Source: Chrysomallon squamiferum (Eukaryota > Animalia > Mollusca). Taken from it: 64,000 nucleotides of DNA. Under the pieces are notes generated by a model that did not search any database, was not told the origin of the DNA, and saw nothing but the letters and a program-made list of their open reading frames with translations. A program made the position numbers and the translations under genes. Shown here piece by piece: positions 37,875 to 52,000 of this stretch; position 1 is the first letter of the stretch; each line of letters starts with the position of its first letter. The DNA lies in assembly GCA_012295275.1 (NCBI GenBank), contig CM022677.1:14632001-14696000 (forward strand). The letters run 5' to 3'.

Positions 37875-40282
37875 ATTTTCATGTTTTTTGTTGCCATGTT
37901 TGTTGTGTAAATATATGGGTTGTTGTTGTTTTGTTGTTGTTGTTTCTTTGTTTTTTAAAAAAAATATAATTGGATTTTTTAAATATATAGACAATTCTAT
38001 ATTAATTCAAAAAAGACTAAAGCTAACGAAACTCACTTTCAGATCGAGATAAAGATAAGATATATCGGTTATTTAAGATACCGGAAAGAAAAAGACAAAA
38101 GACGAACAAACAGTAAAAAAAAAAAAAAAAAAGTAATAAAAGTAACAATAATACAAAAGCCTACAAATAATATAAATAAGAATTTAAGTCTAAATAAATA
38201 AAGAAAATGGTACAGTATCTTTTTCGTTTCTGAATTCCGCTCAGTAAGCACAATTAGTCCGTTAGTATTCTTCACAGCTTCTCTTCCGGGCTTGCACCAT
38301 GTCGACCATCACGGTGGAGAGTCTGTTGTGAGATATTCGATCTCGTTCAAAACGCGTGCCTCTACTTATACACCAATAGCTACAGCTCTGCAGATAGCCT
38401 TTCTGAATTTACTTTGAAGCTTTTAATACCAATTTTCAGTTACTTAAACCCCAGTGTTTCTTAGTTTATTAAATAACGAAACTTCCCCTAATTATATAAA
38501 ACAGCGTCTTAATAGCCCACGTACATCTGCATAGGCTCTGCTATTTAGTTTTTCTGTATTTAGCCCTATTTTCTGTCATTAATTACGTAAAGAGTTAAGG
38601 ACTGAATAATATAAATTATAAAGATGATTATACAACATAACTAAATAAATATTATCGTAATATAATAAGATATTTAACATAAAATGTAGCAGACATTCTG
38701 CTTTAAGGGGCATATAAAAATAAAGATTTAGAGAATATTCTTTAATTCCCTTCAAAGAAAACAAAATTACAATTAAAAGCAAGTCTGCCAAAGAGGCACT
38801 AATGAGGTTCTCTCACCGTACCGAGCTGAATAGCAGTCAAAGTTATTTTTATTTTACTTTTTTTTTAATATAGCTGCATAGAAAATACAAACTTTACTGA
38901 TGAAATACGACACAAAATGAAAACTGGTTTGCTTTATGACTGCAGATGAATGCAACTGGCTGATGGTATAAATCGGGTAATTTTACAGTGCGTATTAATT
39001 AGAGTATGTTTAAATACTGCTGTTCACAAATGTGTTATGATGGTTCACTGTGAAGTGTTATAAAGAGACGACTGTCACGTGGCTCACACCTTTAAACACC
39101 TTGGATGTTTTATTAAGGCTCAGTGTACGGTAACAAGGTGCTTTAATGGCCACCTAACAAGGAATAAAAACGCTAAAATGACAGCAAACTATATAAATCA
39201 GTAAGTCTACCTATCCACTATACAAGTTAAGGTTTACATTAATTATTTAATTATGATATACAGGTGACTTGATAATAATACATCATAAAACATACGTTTA
39301 AATCATTTTGATTAATGATACGAGTAAGGTTATAAAGGGAACCAAGACAAAATAAGAATCTGCACGGAGGAAAGATTAAAACCTTAAAATTTTGGGTACA
39401 ATAAATGGTATTGACACAGGTTAATTGCACATCACACCCTATCAAAATAAGAACAGAAAATTGCTTACCATACTCGTCCGTAAAGAAAATGTCATTCGAA
39501 AACATTTGGTTTCCCCGCCTGACTGAATTCTCGTCGTCACCGTTTCCTTCGCTTACTTCTCTCCTTAATTACTAAAACTCAGCCTTTTTTAATAACAACG
39601 CCATGGAGTTGAAAAATTTGCGGAAACAATAAAAAGAGCGATGTGATTGTAGTAATAATTAAAGTTAATCAATTTCAATTCCATAGTTTAAAATAAAAGA
39701 GCGGATGCGATTTGAAGTAACAATTAAAGTTAAGCAATCTGAATTCCGTGACACTATATCAACATTATGACAGAAATTTGGTAGTAAATAATTAACTGTT
39801 AGTATATACAGTTACTAATAAGACTGCAAACAGAGTGGGGAAAAACACCCAGATACTGTTTCGTTTAATTTTGACAATTGTTTTCTTTCTTTTTTTAAAC
39901 TACGCAGGATTTGATGACATTCTACACAGACATGCCAGCACATAAATAATTTAATTATTAATAACCATCTACTTTCTCTCTTCAAGAAATTAAATTTTAA
40001 TAATATCTTCCTTTAAAATGATGTCATTACAGATTTATTTTTTTTGAATTTGTTCCTTATTATTATGTATTCTCTTTGTTGTTGTTTGTTTGTTCGATTT
40101 AACTCGTTTCGATAATCCATTTGGTGTCCAAAAGTTGTTACAAAATATTGATAAAGTCAGAAAAAAAAAAAGAAAAAAAAAGTAAGCTCAAATCTGCGAC
40201 GAGGGCATTTTACATAAACAATAAACTAATGTTTACAAATCGTATGTAATTTTTACAGACATACAGACAAACAGTGAAATAC

Positions 40283-40407
40283 CTAAATGGAAAAGTTCTG
40301 GTATCATGGCAACATCATGTGTATATCGTCTGCTGTTCTGCAAGAGAATTACAACTTTTGTGTTTTCCAGATCTGGTATCAAATGACGTGGTATCACTTC
40401 TCCCCAT
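40283..40407 (-). CDS. LigB-like gene, exon 2 (copy B)
   Basis: Same 125-bp exon and AG/GT boundaries as 26730-26854. Confidence 0.8.
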
Positions 40408-40423
40408 CTTAATATGTGCCAAA

Positions 40424-40458
<35 letters not shown>

Positions 40459-40800
40459 ATATGTGACAAAATGAATATAAGAAAATGAAATTTAAAAGAA
40501 AAAATTGTATGACTCTACTTTACAAGAGTATTTATTAATAATGTCAGAAACATTTCTATATAATATATTATCAATAGGATTGCAAATAAATATATAATTT
40601 TTATGTACTGTACGTTTCGAAAACGTCATATTGTGGGTCCTCAGTCTTTCGTGAGACTTGGCATTAATCGAAAGCAGAAATTGGTGTACCAATAACTATA
40701 TTTTTATAGGATAATGTTTTCTTGTTGTGAGTATTATTAGTCTATGCTAATTTAAAAAAGAATTGTTTATGCTAATTTTCACATGCATGCTATTTCTCAC

Positions 40801-41254
40801 CTCAATGGAAATGTTTCATCGCTTTTACCGGGTGGACCGTAACCGCTTAATCCCGAAATGTTCAGAGCAGAGCCAAATTTATTTACGATGTCTTCCGAAA
40901 GTTGGCTAGAAAGATTAGCGGTTACTTCATAACAACAAGGAGGACAGTTGCAATTATCAGTATCTCCAAAGCCTTCTCCTGTGGGATTTAAATAGAACAC
41001 AAAGTTATTTAAGTCAGAAATACCATGGGGCGAGCTCAGAAAAAGTATATCGGGCGATAAAGACAGAATCGTCTAATCGACAGTTTTGCAGGCTTCGTGA
41101 ATTTTCCACCTTCTTGTTTTGCTGTGTGGTTGGTTGTATTGAAATGTTTCGGATCCACAGCAATTCCGCCGTGCGGCAGAACGAACCCGGCCAGTAGTTT
41201 GGAGAAAGATAAATCAAGTGATGTGAAAAACACAATCAGAATTGCAAAACACAT
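40801..41254 (-). pseudogene. LigB-like gene, exon 1 (copy B), with a 1-nt frameshift near 41109
   Basis: MCFAILIVFFTSLDLSFS (hydrophobic leader) then KLLAGFVLPHGG; ttccaccttc here versus ttccacgcttc at 27590 shifts the frame. Confidence 0.85.
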
Positions 41255-41657
41255 CTCGACTTTCTATTTCGTTCTTAAATCATATGACTCTAGAGTTACC
41301 TGCCCTTCTGTTTTTTTTCTAAAAGAGCAACAATACATCTGAAGGAAATAGTAATTTATTTGTATAATGATAATCGATAAGAATTAAAAATCTATATTAT
41401 GGCCTTGTTAATTTATAAGAGTTTTTTTGTCATTGTCATCATCATCAGCAGCAGCAGCTGCTGCAGCATCATTATTACCATTATTTTCTTGTTATTTTTA
41501 TGGGAAAGGGGCGTGTACATGAAACGTTAAGCGATGCATCACAGTAGTTTGTATCAATACATTGTGTTAGAAAAACCTTCTTTAAAACAGATTTATAGAA
41601 GACTACATGGTTGCTTTGGAGTAACATCAAAGTTTATTATTACCATCATCATCATCA

Positions 41658-41691
<34 letters not shown>

Positions 41692-43794
41692 CATCATTAT
41701 TAAAAGTTGATTTGCAAGTGAGAAAATCTCAGGTAATAATGGCGTATTACTTTAGCTCCTTTTCAGCGGCCGCGCCTCACATTTTTCTTTCGTAATTCAG
41801 CATCATCGAATCTGTAATAACACGTTGTAGATAACGCTGCATCCGAAACACTGTGTTACCTGTAAGTGTGATAGGCCTGCATCAAAGCTGTAATAACATG
41901 TTGTAGATAACGCTGCATCCGAAACACTGTGTTACCTGTAAGTGTGGTAGGCCTGCATCAAAGCTGAACAGGCCTACACGCCTAAATCTCAGGTTCGCGT
42001 TGTACTGTGTAAATTAGTTTTGCGTTTCTGTTATTGGTTCGTTATCGAAAAGTTTTAATCCACATAGATCGTCATCAGCAGATAGTACGTTAAACATGAA
42101 AGAACTTGGTAAGCTAAGTAGTGACACGTTTAAAACTGTACGCACCATTAGGCACTTCTTCATTACGCTGCTAAAACATGTTTGAAACTTACACAGACTG
42201 TAAGAGGTGAATCAGTATCAAATTTCATTTGTGTCTAACACAGTGCTTTGAGCACTTTCCCACTAAATGGATTAATGACCTCTATGTAGGAATGAAATAC
42301 ATTGTATTGTATGTAGGTGCGTGCGCGTGCGCGTGTAGATGTATTTGCGTTGCAATGTTTTATATAAATTAAAAAATATTTACTCTGCACCACTTATACA
42401 ACATCGATCAATGTTTATTATATTTTTGCAAGGAAGCAATTTGTCTTTTGTTTCTAAATGATCTACTCACTCATCTAATTTGCCCTTGCACAATATCACA
42501 CACAATGTAATAATTATTTAATATGTAGCTTTTCACATATAACATTATTGTCCTCTACAAACAGTCATTGTGTCATATTCACAGCCCCTGGTAACCAGTA
42601 GGAATCAGAGGAAGTCAACAGAGGTGCTGAAAGTAGACTAGTCTGGTTAATGACAGAAATAGAACTTCATTTGTTAGTCAGAATGAATTGAGTAGAACAG
42701 AATGTGGATTTAACGGCAAAGTAAGGCTATCGACTCCAGGGATTTAAAAACGTGATTTTCCAGAGATTCGTTATTATCTACAACATTTACTTGTTATCAA
42801 GTGTAATTCTATCACAATAGTAACTATTCACTATTAAACAGCATTTTCGTACAATAAATAAAATATAATGATTAATTTGTTTTGTACTGAAAAGTGAAAG
42901 GAGATATTCCTGGAGGAGAACAACTAATATCTAGGAGTAACTAAACTGAGTATTCGTTTTATTTCATTCAACAGCTGTGACACATTAGTTAGAAATAGCG
43001 TGGGTTGAACAATAAAATATGTAAATATTTAAATTTTGACACATGCTAAAGAAACAATTTTCTACGTCAAGCACCCACATCAGGTTTCATGTGTATCAGA
43101 GAGCAAGTTTTCAAAACGTAATGTTTTAAAACAACTCAGAGCCTAAGACCCTGCTTGTGTGTTAGACCGGACATCTGCAGATTGACTTACATAATCCAAC
43201 TTTTATCTCAAAATAAAACTGTGTAGTGGAGCCACCTGGTGAATTGTGACAAATATTTAAAATTTCCTGGGTTACGGCACCAATTTGTTTCTAACTTTTT
43301 CAGGCTGCATAACTGCTGATGGCGTCTCTTGCAAACATTCCAATTTGTTTTCTTCATTTATTGTTACAGTCTTATCATCTGTAACCTAGCTATCTTATAA
43401 TCTGTAATCTGTAACCTAGCTACTGATTCAGTGGACTAAGGAAAGGCTGCTAGTTATGTACACTGTTAATGAAAGATAAAATTCAGTTTGAATTTAAAAC
43501 AAAAAACAAAAAGATTTAAAAAAAAAAATCTATAACCGTATAAAGTGGTGTTTCAAAGCTAGGATGAGCTGATGAATTTTCTAAACTATCAGAAACTGTC
43601 CTTCATTCCGGCATCTTGCAGATCCCAAACATCCCGGATTAGCGATGTCCACCTGTAACAGTGTGCCGACGTGACAAACAAGTTGTTGTTGCTGCTGATG
43701 ATGCTTTTATTGTTGTTTTTCTTCTTATTATTATTATCATTATCATTATCATCATCATCATTATTGCTGTTATTATTATTATTATTATTATTAC

Positions 43795-43851
<57 letters not shown>

Positions 43852-44711
43852 ATAAGGTGGTCCTCGTTTGTGTCTTTGTTAACACATATGATCAGTTTAA
43901 CACTAAAGTTACATAAAACTAATATATAACAGTTACTGAAGGTGTCAGCTGGTGTTTGCTATTTAGCAACAATACTAGCTGTGCAAAGTCGTTCAATGTC
44001 CCAGATACATGCGTTAACTGACGAGGTCGATGTCCTAACCTAACTGTGACTATTGTAGTTACACGAACCTTCATGTAATGTACGTGTATTTCTTACGTAA
44101 GGAAATATATTAAAAGTACTGTACAGTTTATTAAACTAGGCGAAAAATGTCAGCCAGGACCAGAGGTATTTCTGTCAAAACCTGTCAGATAAAAAAGTAA
44201 ATACAGGCTAAGAGCCCGTTCTAAGGCCACTTACGACCTTCACGTTCCGCTGTTTATGTGAACTGTTAATTTTTTGCTGATGTTGTTTTTCTTTTGTTTT
44301 TTCTTCTTTTATGTATTTGTCATTGTCATCATCATCATCAGCAGCAGCTGCAGCATCATTATTACCATTTATTATTAATAACCATCTACTTTATCTCTTC
44401 AAGAAAATACATTCTAATAACATCTTCCTGTAAAATGATGTCATTCCAGATTTTTATTTTTATTTATTTATTTATTTTAATTTGTTCCTTATTATTATTT
44501 ATTATCTTTGTTGTTGTTTCTTTGTTCGATTTAACTCATTTTGATAATCCATTTGGTGTCCAAAAGTTGTTACAAAATATTGATAAAGTCAAAAAAAAAA
44601 AAAAAAAAAAGGAAGCTCTAATCTGCGGCGAGGGCATTTTATGTAACCAATAAACTAATGTTTACAAATCGTATGTAATTTTTACAGACATACAGACAAA
44701 CAGTGAAATAC

Positions 44712-44836
44712 CTAAATGGAGAAGTTCTGGTATCATGGCAACATCATGTGTATATCGTCTGCTGGGCTTCGACAGAATTACAACTTTTGTGTTTTCCAGA
44801 TCTGGTATCAAATGAAGTGGTGTCACTTCTCCCCAT
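44712..44836 (-). pseudogene. LigB-like gene, exon 2 (copy D, no exons 3-4 of its own)
   Basis: Same 125-bp exon with AG/GT boundaries. Confidence 0.8.
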
Positions 44837-44852
44837 CTTAATGTGTGCCAAA

Positions 44853-44883
<31 letters not shown>

Positions 44884-45247
44884 ATATGTAACAAAATGAA
44901 TACAAGAAAATGAAATTTAAAAGAAAAAATTATTTGACTCTACTTTACAAGAGTATTTATAAATAATGTCAGTTTTGGGATAAAATAGATAGAAACATTT
45001 CTATATAATATATTATCAATAGGATTGCAAATAAATATATAATTTTTATGTACTGTATGTTTCGAAAAAGGCATAGTGTGGGTCCTCAGTCTTTTGTGAT
45101 CTTTGCATTAAGCGAAAACAGAAATTGGTGTATCAATAACTATATTTTTTTTATACGATAATGTTTTCTTGCTGTCAGTATTATTAGTCTATGCTAATTT
45201 AAAAAAGAAGTGTTTATGCTAATTTTTACATGCATGCTATTTCTCAC

Positions 45248-45692
45248 CACAATGGAAATGCTTCATCGCTTTTCCCGGGTGGACCATTACCGCTTAATCC
45301 CGAAATATTCCGAGCCGAGCCAAATTTATTTACGATGTCTTCCGAAAGTTGGGTAGAAAGATTAGCGGTTACTTTATAACAACAAGGAGGACAGTTGTAA
45401 TTATCAGTATCTGCAAAGCCTTCTCCTGTGGGATTTAAATAGAACACACAGTTATTTAAGTCAGAAATACCATGGGGCGTGCTCAGAAAAAGTATATCGG
45501 GCGATAAAGACAGAATCGTCCGACCGACTGATTTCCAGGCTTCGTGAATTTTCCACGCTTCTTGTGGTTGGTTGTATTGAAATGTTTCGGATCCACAGCA
45601 ATTCCGCAGTGCGCCAGAACGAACCCGGCCAGTAGTTTGGAGAAAGATAAATCAAGTGATGTGAAAAACACAATCACAATTGCAAAAGACAT
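45248..45692 (-). pseudogene. LigB-like gene, exon 1 (copy D), 10-nt deletion frameshift
   Basis: Homologous to 40801-41254; PHGG changed to AHCG; 10 nt missing at about 45564. Confidence 0.85.
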
Positions 45693-46173
45693 CTCGACTT
45701 TCTATTTCGTTCTTGAATCATAGGACTCTAGAGTTACCTGCCCTTCTGTTTTTTTTCTTAAAGAGCAACAATACATCTGAAGGAAATAGTATTTTTTTTG
45801 TATAATGATAATCGATAGGAATTAAAAATCTATATTATCGCCTTGTTAATTTATAAGAGTTGGTTTTCTGAATTGTCCCAATAGTTAATTTTTTGTTGAT
45901 GTTGTTTTTGTTTTGTTTTTTGTTCTTTTATGTATTTGTCATTGTCATCATCATCAGCAGCAGCAGCTGCAGCATCATTATTACCATTATTTTCTTGTTA
46001 TTTTTATGGGCAAAGGACGTGTACATGAAACGTTAAGCGATGCATCACAGTAGTTTGTATCAATACACTGTGTTAGAAAAACGTTCTTTAAAACAGATTT
46101 ATAGAAGACTACGTGGTTGCTTTGGAGTAACATCAAAGTTTATTATCATCATCATCATGATTATTATCATTAC

Positions 46174-46224
<51 letters not shown>

Positions 46225-46698
46225 CATCATCATTATTAAAAGTTGATTTGTAAGTGAGAAAGTCTGAGGTAATAATGGCGTATTACTTTAGCTCCTTTTC
46301 AGCGGCCGCGCCTCACATTTTTCTTTCGTAATTCAGCATCATCGAATCTGTAATAACACGTTGTAGATAACGCTGCATCCGAAACACTGTGCTACCTGTA
46401 AGTGTGATAGGCCTGCATCAAAGCTGAACAGGCCTACACGTCTACAGACACAGTCAGTGACGAAATCAAAGGCAAGTTGTGTTAAAAAAAGGATACAAGT
46501 ACAGAAGTGTGATCACTGCACATGTAAAATGGAACTGAAGTCTGTAGCGAAAAAGAAAAAACGGCTTCCCAGCAAAATATCTATTGTTGTTGTTCTTATT
46601 ATTTATTATTACCATCATTATCATCACCATCATGATAATTATTATAATTATTATTGTTGTTGTATCATGTTTCTTCATTTCCATATGAAATGTTTTGT

Positions 46699-46926
46699 TC
46701 ATTCTTCTTTCCATCTCTGAACGAATGATGCTACCATCATACCGTAGTAACTTGGGTGATAGTTTGCTAAAACGTCTGGTAACCATGACGACAGCCCGGC
46801 AGTTTCTAACAGACCATGTAACATGACTAGACCCGTGTAACCACACGACAGCGCGCGATCGACTAGTCCAGCCGCTCTGTTCAACAGCAACATGCCGTCC
46901 AGAGTCGCTGCCCACTCACCAACAGC
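46699..46926 (-). pseudogene. LigB-like gene, exon 4 (copy C; exons 1-2 not found upstream)
   Basis: Open exon ending YYGMMVASFVQRWKEE-stop. Confidence 0.75.
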
Positions 46927-47279
46927 CTCAAATATTCAAATAATGAGAACCATCGTGACAACTGTATTAATGAAACAAATACAAACTGTGATCAGTTATG
47001 TACTAATCACACAAGTCTTTCAACACTGAAGACAAAACAGTTGCAGCATGTTCTTTCCTACCCATAACATTAAACATAAATAGTTTTAGAAATTCTCCCA
47101 AACGTCAGTTACATTCATTAATTCAAACAAATAAATAAGTCTATTTAACACCTACTAATCACAAATATAAAAATGTTCTCAGGTCCTATTACAAAACATA
47201 TCTGCTTTGATACTGTTGTTCTGGTGAAATTTTAAAGTATTTTTAAAAGGTTCAAGCACGACTGACTGGTTGTACTTAC

Positions 47280-47410
47280 GTGGACGAATGGCTCTGATGC
47301 GTTGGAGTAGCCGTATGGGCCAGTGCTGAGATGCGTGTGTGCGAGGTCAGCGCTGATGATGACAACAACACGCTCTGGCGCGTCTTCCAAATACCTGTAT
47401 AAATCAGCAC
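47280..47410 (-). pseudogene. LigB-like gene, exon 3 (copy C)
   Basis: 131-bp exon near-identical to 28346-28476. Confidence 0.8.
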
Positions 47411-47906
47411 CTGAAATTGATACACAGACAGGTAAAAGTTTAATTAATGAAGGAAATACCAACTTGTTATTTAGGCAGTTTGCTGTGTGACGTGTTAACG
47501 TAAGCTGAATTCAAAGATAATGGCAACAGTTCGAAATTAGACATTTGTGAAACAAAATGTACAACTTTTGTCAAATTGAAATATTTTACATAATATTACA
47601 AACGTTCATTACGTTGTGAATTGTACTTTTTTAATCTTAATTACAGTCCATCCCCTTTATAATATTGACAGAAACTCTCAGCTAATTTCGGCATTACAAT
47701 GAGTTGGGTGATAAGTTTTCTGAGGATTAAAGGATTTTAGGTAGTGCCATATGTCATGGTGACTAGTCTGAGTGGTATTAGTACCTGAAAGGGCAGCATC
47801 ACGTGACAAGGTGTTAATTATCTCAGACACCTTAACTATTGCATGATTATTCTGTATCCACAAGACAACAATAACACAAATACGAATTCAGCATGGATAC
47901 TTGTTT

Positions 47907-47980
<74 letters not shown>

Positions 47981-48348
47981 TGTTTACACAAATTAACCCT
48001 CAAGGGTAATATACAGTTACATAGTTGAATCATACGATTCCACGATACGTTATCAAAGCAAATAGCGTTGACAAATAATACAAAACTAATTCAGCCCAGT
48101 TGGTTACTTGATCTTTCTAAATAATCTTTTAATTATTAAAATACGTTATCTTTGTTTTTATAAACGTAAGTACCACAGAATAACACTATGAAAAATTCAA
48201 AAGTAATAGATTTAGCTATATTCAATGATTCAAGATGTATGTTACATATACAAAACATTAAACCATAATTACCATTGTCTGCGTTTTCCTTTGTCTTGTG
48301 CAGACAAAGACTCTCAAGAATGGCACTGATCAAAGAGATCTCGTTCAA

Positions 48349-48654
48349 TGGAATGGAATGGAATAAAATTAACGTGCTGATCAGAGCAAGCTGTCCGTCG
48401 CAGAAAAGAGTTTTGGGTAGGGAAAAGAATTCGTTCTCGCCACGATTGCTGGACACAGAGGAGTGTCCAGCATATCGGATCGTGACGAGTCGGTACCGAT
48501 GTTTCGCAGCCGCAATTCGCCCCCTGTGGTCTCCGGCACAATCTCTCAGCCATCACCGGGTCCGTGTTGTTTGCCGTCCTGCTTGTTCTGCTCTTCGCTG
48601 CTGTTGTTGTTTCTTTTTGGCTGTTTCCTTCTGGTCCACATAGTCCAAACCTGA
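48349..48654 (-). mobile_element. Element X 3' remnant, copy C
   Basis: GATCTCGTTCAA at 48337-48348, then (TGGAA)3 and the same GC-rich segment with an internal deletion; no matching far-end repeat seen. Confidence 0.65.
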
Positions 48655-49043
48655 TTTTTTTTTTTTTTTTTGTCAATGGTCTTTTTATTGTTTTAAAAGA
48701 TATTATAAGAACCTGCAACTAAAACAAATAAGAACATAAATGTAGTTAACTTATTTACATTTTATTTTATTTTATTTTAAAATTTAGCTAGGACTAAGAA
48801 TATGAAAAAAAAAAAAAAAAAAAAATTTTTTAAATTGAAATAAAACACCATAACCGGGTTAGTAGTGTTTGAAAGTGGGTTCGTATAGTACGTTTATCCT
48901 TGTTTTTAATTAGTAATTTAATTGGCCATTCAAATTGATTCGTCAGTCAGTTGATCCATCCGTAGATCCATCAGCTGTTCAACCAATCAATCCGCAAGTC
49001 AATAGATTTATATAATTGTTTTCGTGTCAAAAAACAAAAAAGT

Positions 49044-52000
49044 TTAAAGTTTGTGTTTTGTTTTGAGGATGTAATTTGTTACTGCAGTGAGGACTAACTC
49101 TCTGTCTTTCACGTTTGGTGCCAGGATGTGTTGGAGCGTGAACTCGATTTTTAGTTCCTCCAGTGTATTGCGTAGTGCTTGTCTTTCCTCGGTGAAATTT
49201 TGACAGTGAAACAAGTAGTGTTTCATGGTTTCAGAGAGTCCACAGCTGCAGTTGGGTGATGTGGTGATGTTATGTTTGTATCGAATTGCGTTTAGATTGG
49301 TTGAGTAACCAATTCTGGCTTTGGTGAGATTGTTGTTGTGTAGTTTGTTGGCGAGTGTGATTTTGGGTGTTTTGGTGAGTGGTTTGATGTTCAAGTGCCA
49401 TTTGTTTTTGGTGATGTTCCATTCGTTTTGCCATTGTTTGTCGTAATGCTTGGCAGCGATGGAGACAATTTCGTTTATTCCGTAATGTATGTCTGTGCAG
49501 ATGTCTTCGTCTTTAATGCTGAGTGACTCTTTGGCGTAGTGGTCGGCAAGTTCGTTACCGATGATGCCGACGTGTGCTGGGAGCCACTCGATGGTTAGTT
49601 CTTTCTTGTTGTGTTGTATGTCCTCGTGTAGTTGTTGTATTTTGTTGAGCAGGTCTGGTCTGCTGGAACTTCCGGATTGTATTGAGATCACGGAACTTTG
49701 TCTGTCCGAGAATATGACTGTGTGTTTGTTGTTGTTGTGTTTTACCCACAGCATGGCTCTGATGATGGTGACCAGTTCGGCTGTGTATGCTGAAAGGTGA
49801 TTTCTCATACGGCCGAATTGTATGCATGTGGGTTTGTTTGTGTGATCTTGGGCTATGAAGGCGAATCCTACTCTCCCGTTGTCTGGGTTTTTGGATCCGT
49901 CAGTGTAGATGTGCATGTGTTGTTTGTAGCGGTCGTTTGCTGCTGCCAAAAAATGGCTTTTTTTGAACGGTGGGATCTCTGTTTTGTCAGTTTCTCTTTT
50001 GATCAGGAAAGGTGTGTTTATTGTTGGTTTTGTTTCTTTGTGGTATGCCGGCAGTGGCATTTACCCTATTCCTGTTTACCTTTCGATTTCGCTAGCTGTT
50101 GTCGGGAAATTCGATAGCAGTAGACTATGCGATTTAAACAGTTGTCCTATCCTTTGTTGGTCGGGGACCAGATCCTTGACCAGGTGGTCTGTGTTGAGTG
50201 TGTGTATTTTCAGGTTGTATTTTAGTAGCTGCAGTTTTCTTCTGTATTTTAATGGTTGGATGCTGTATTCCGACAGGAGGCTGTCGGATGGTGTTGTGTT
50301 TGGCAGGTGGCTGATCACTCTGAGGGCGCTGGATTGAATTGTGTCTAGCTTTTTTATATAGAGTTTGGGAGCTTTCGATTAAGCCGTGGCTCCGTAGTCG
50401 AGCTTGGAGAGAATACATGCTTTGTATATCAAAATCAGCCTTGACTCGTTTGCTCCACAACTGGTTCCGGAAATTAACTTTAGAAGATTGATTGTTTTTT
50501 TGCAGGATGCAATTGTGTTGTGTATGTGGCATCGGAAGTTGAGTTGACTGTCGAAATTTGAATGTCTTTGTTTGTGTTATGACGTTGTTGTCGATGTTGA
50601 GTGTGATCTTGCTGTTGTCTGATTTCTTGTTGAAAAGGAGGCATGTTGTTTTGGAAAGAGAAATCTTTATGTCCCATTTCAACACTCAGTCGTTTACGTT
50701 GTTTAAGTCTTTTTGTATTTGTTTCTGTATTGCTGCGGTCGATCTGCCTGCACACCAAAAGGCGCAGTCGTCTGCAAAGAGTGCTGTATTTATTGGTTCC
50801 TTTGGTGGATTTCTGGCGTTGTCTTGTTTGTCGAGTGCTGTGACGATGTCGTTGATGTAGATGTTGAAGAGTGTTGGCGAGATCACTGATCCTTGTGGGA
50901 TGCCGTTTTCGATTGTCGTTTTCTCTGAGGTGTGACCGTTTACTTTGACTGCTATGGTTCTGTTGTTAATGAAGTCTTTGATAAAGTTGAACATGTTGCC
51001 TTTGATGTTGTTGTTGATTAATTTAACGAGCAGTCCTTCCCTCCATACCATGTCGAATACTTTTTCAATGTCTAAAAAAACTGCTATGACTTTTTTGATT
51101 TTCGAAAAGACTGATTAATTAATGTTTGCAGGCAGGTGATCTGGTCGTTTGTGCTGTGTTTCTTCCTGAAGCCGCTTTGAAATTTGCTGATTAAATTGTT
51201 GTCGTTTAAATGCTGGTTCAGGCGTGTGTTGATCATTGTTTCCAATGTTTTGCACATGTGTGACGTCAGCGTGATCGGTCTGTAGCTGTTGGGTAGTGAG
51301 TGATCTTTGTGTGGTTTGGGCAAGCTGAAACACTTGGCGTGTTTCCAGTTTGTTTGAATCTTGCCGGTGGTCCATATTGCGTTGTAAAGATCGAGTATGA
51401 CGAGTAGTGTTTCGTCTGGTAGGTGTTGTAGTATTGTGTAGCTTATTTTATCTGGCCCCGTGTCTGTACTTTTCTTCTTTTTGAGTGTATGTTTTAATTC
51501 GCTGATGTTGAATAGTTGATTGTATTTCATGTTTTCTGTGTCTGCGGAGTGTTCGCCGATTGCTTGGTTGTCCAGTGGTTTCTTTGCGAATTTCAGTGGG
51601 AAGTTCGAATTGCTGCTGGACTTGGCGAAGGTTTGGCTGAGTAGGTCTGCTTTTTGCTTGTCGATGAATACGATGTTGTTTTTGCCGAGAATGTTGATTC
51701 TGAGGTTTTCTTTGCCTTGGATGTTTTTTACTTTGGCCCACATGTCTTTGACTGATGTTTTGTGGTCGATGTTGTTGCAAAAAAGTTCCCAGTGTTCTTG
51801 TTTCGCTGTGAGTATTAGGTTGGAAACTTCTTTTTTTGATATTTTAAATTTTCGTGCGTAGAATGATTTCTGTCTTTTTTGTATTGTCTTCTGTATTTGT
51901 TTCTCTCCTTGCATTTGTTTTCTATGCGTTCCGTCCACCAGGGAGTGGATATTTTGCCGGTGCATTTTCTGGTTTTGGGTATGTATCTGATTGCAATGGA

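Noticed and set aside
43589-43885. VTSAHC resembling the trypsin active-site His motif
   Set aside because: Isolated hexapeptide next to a poly-N microsatellite; no other protease motifs or convincing exon structure.
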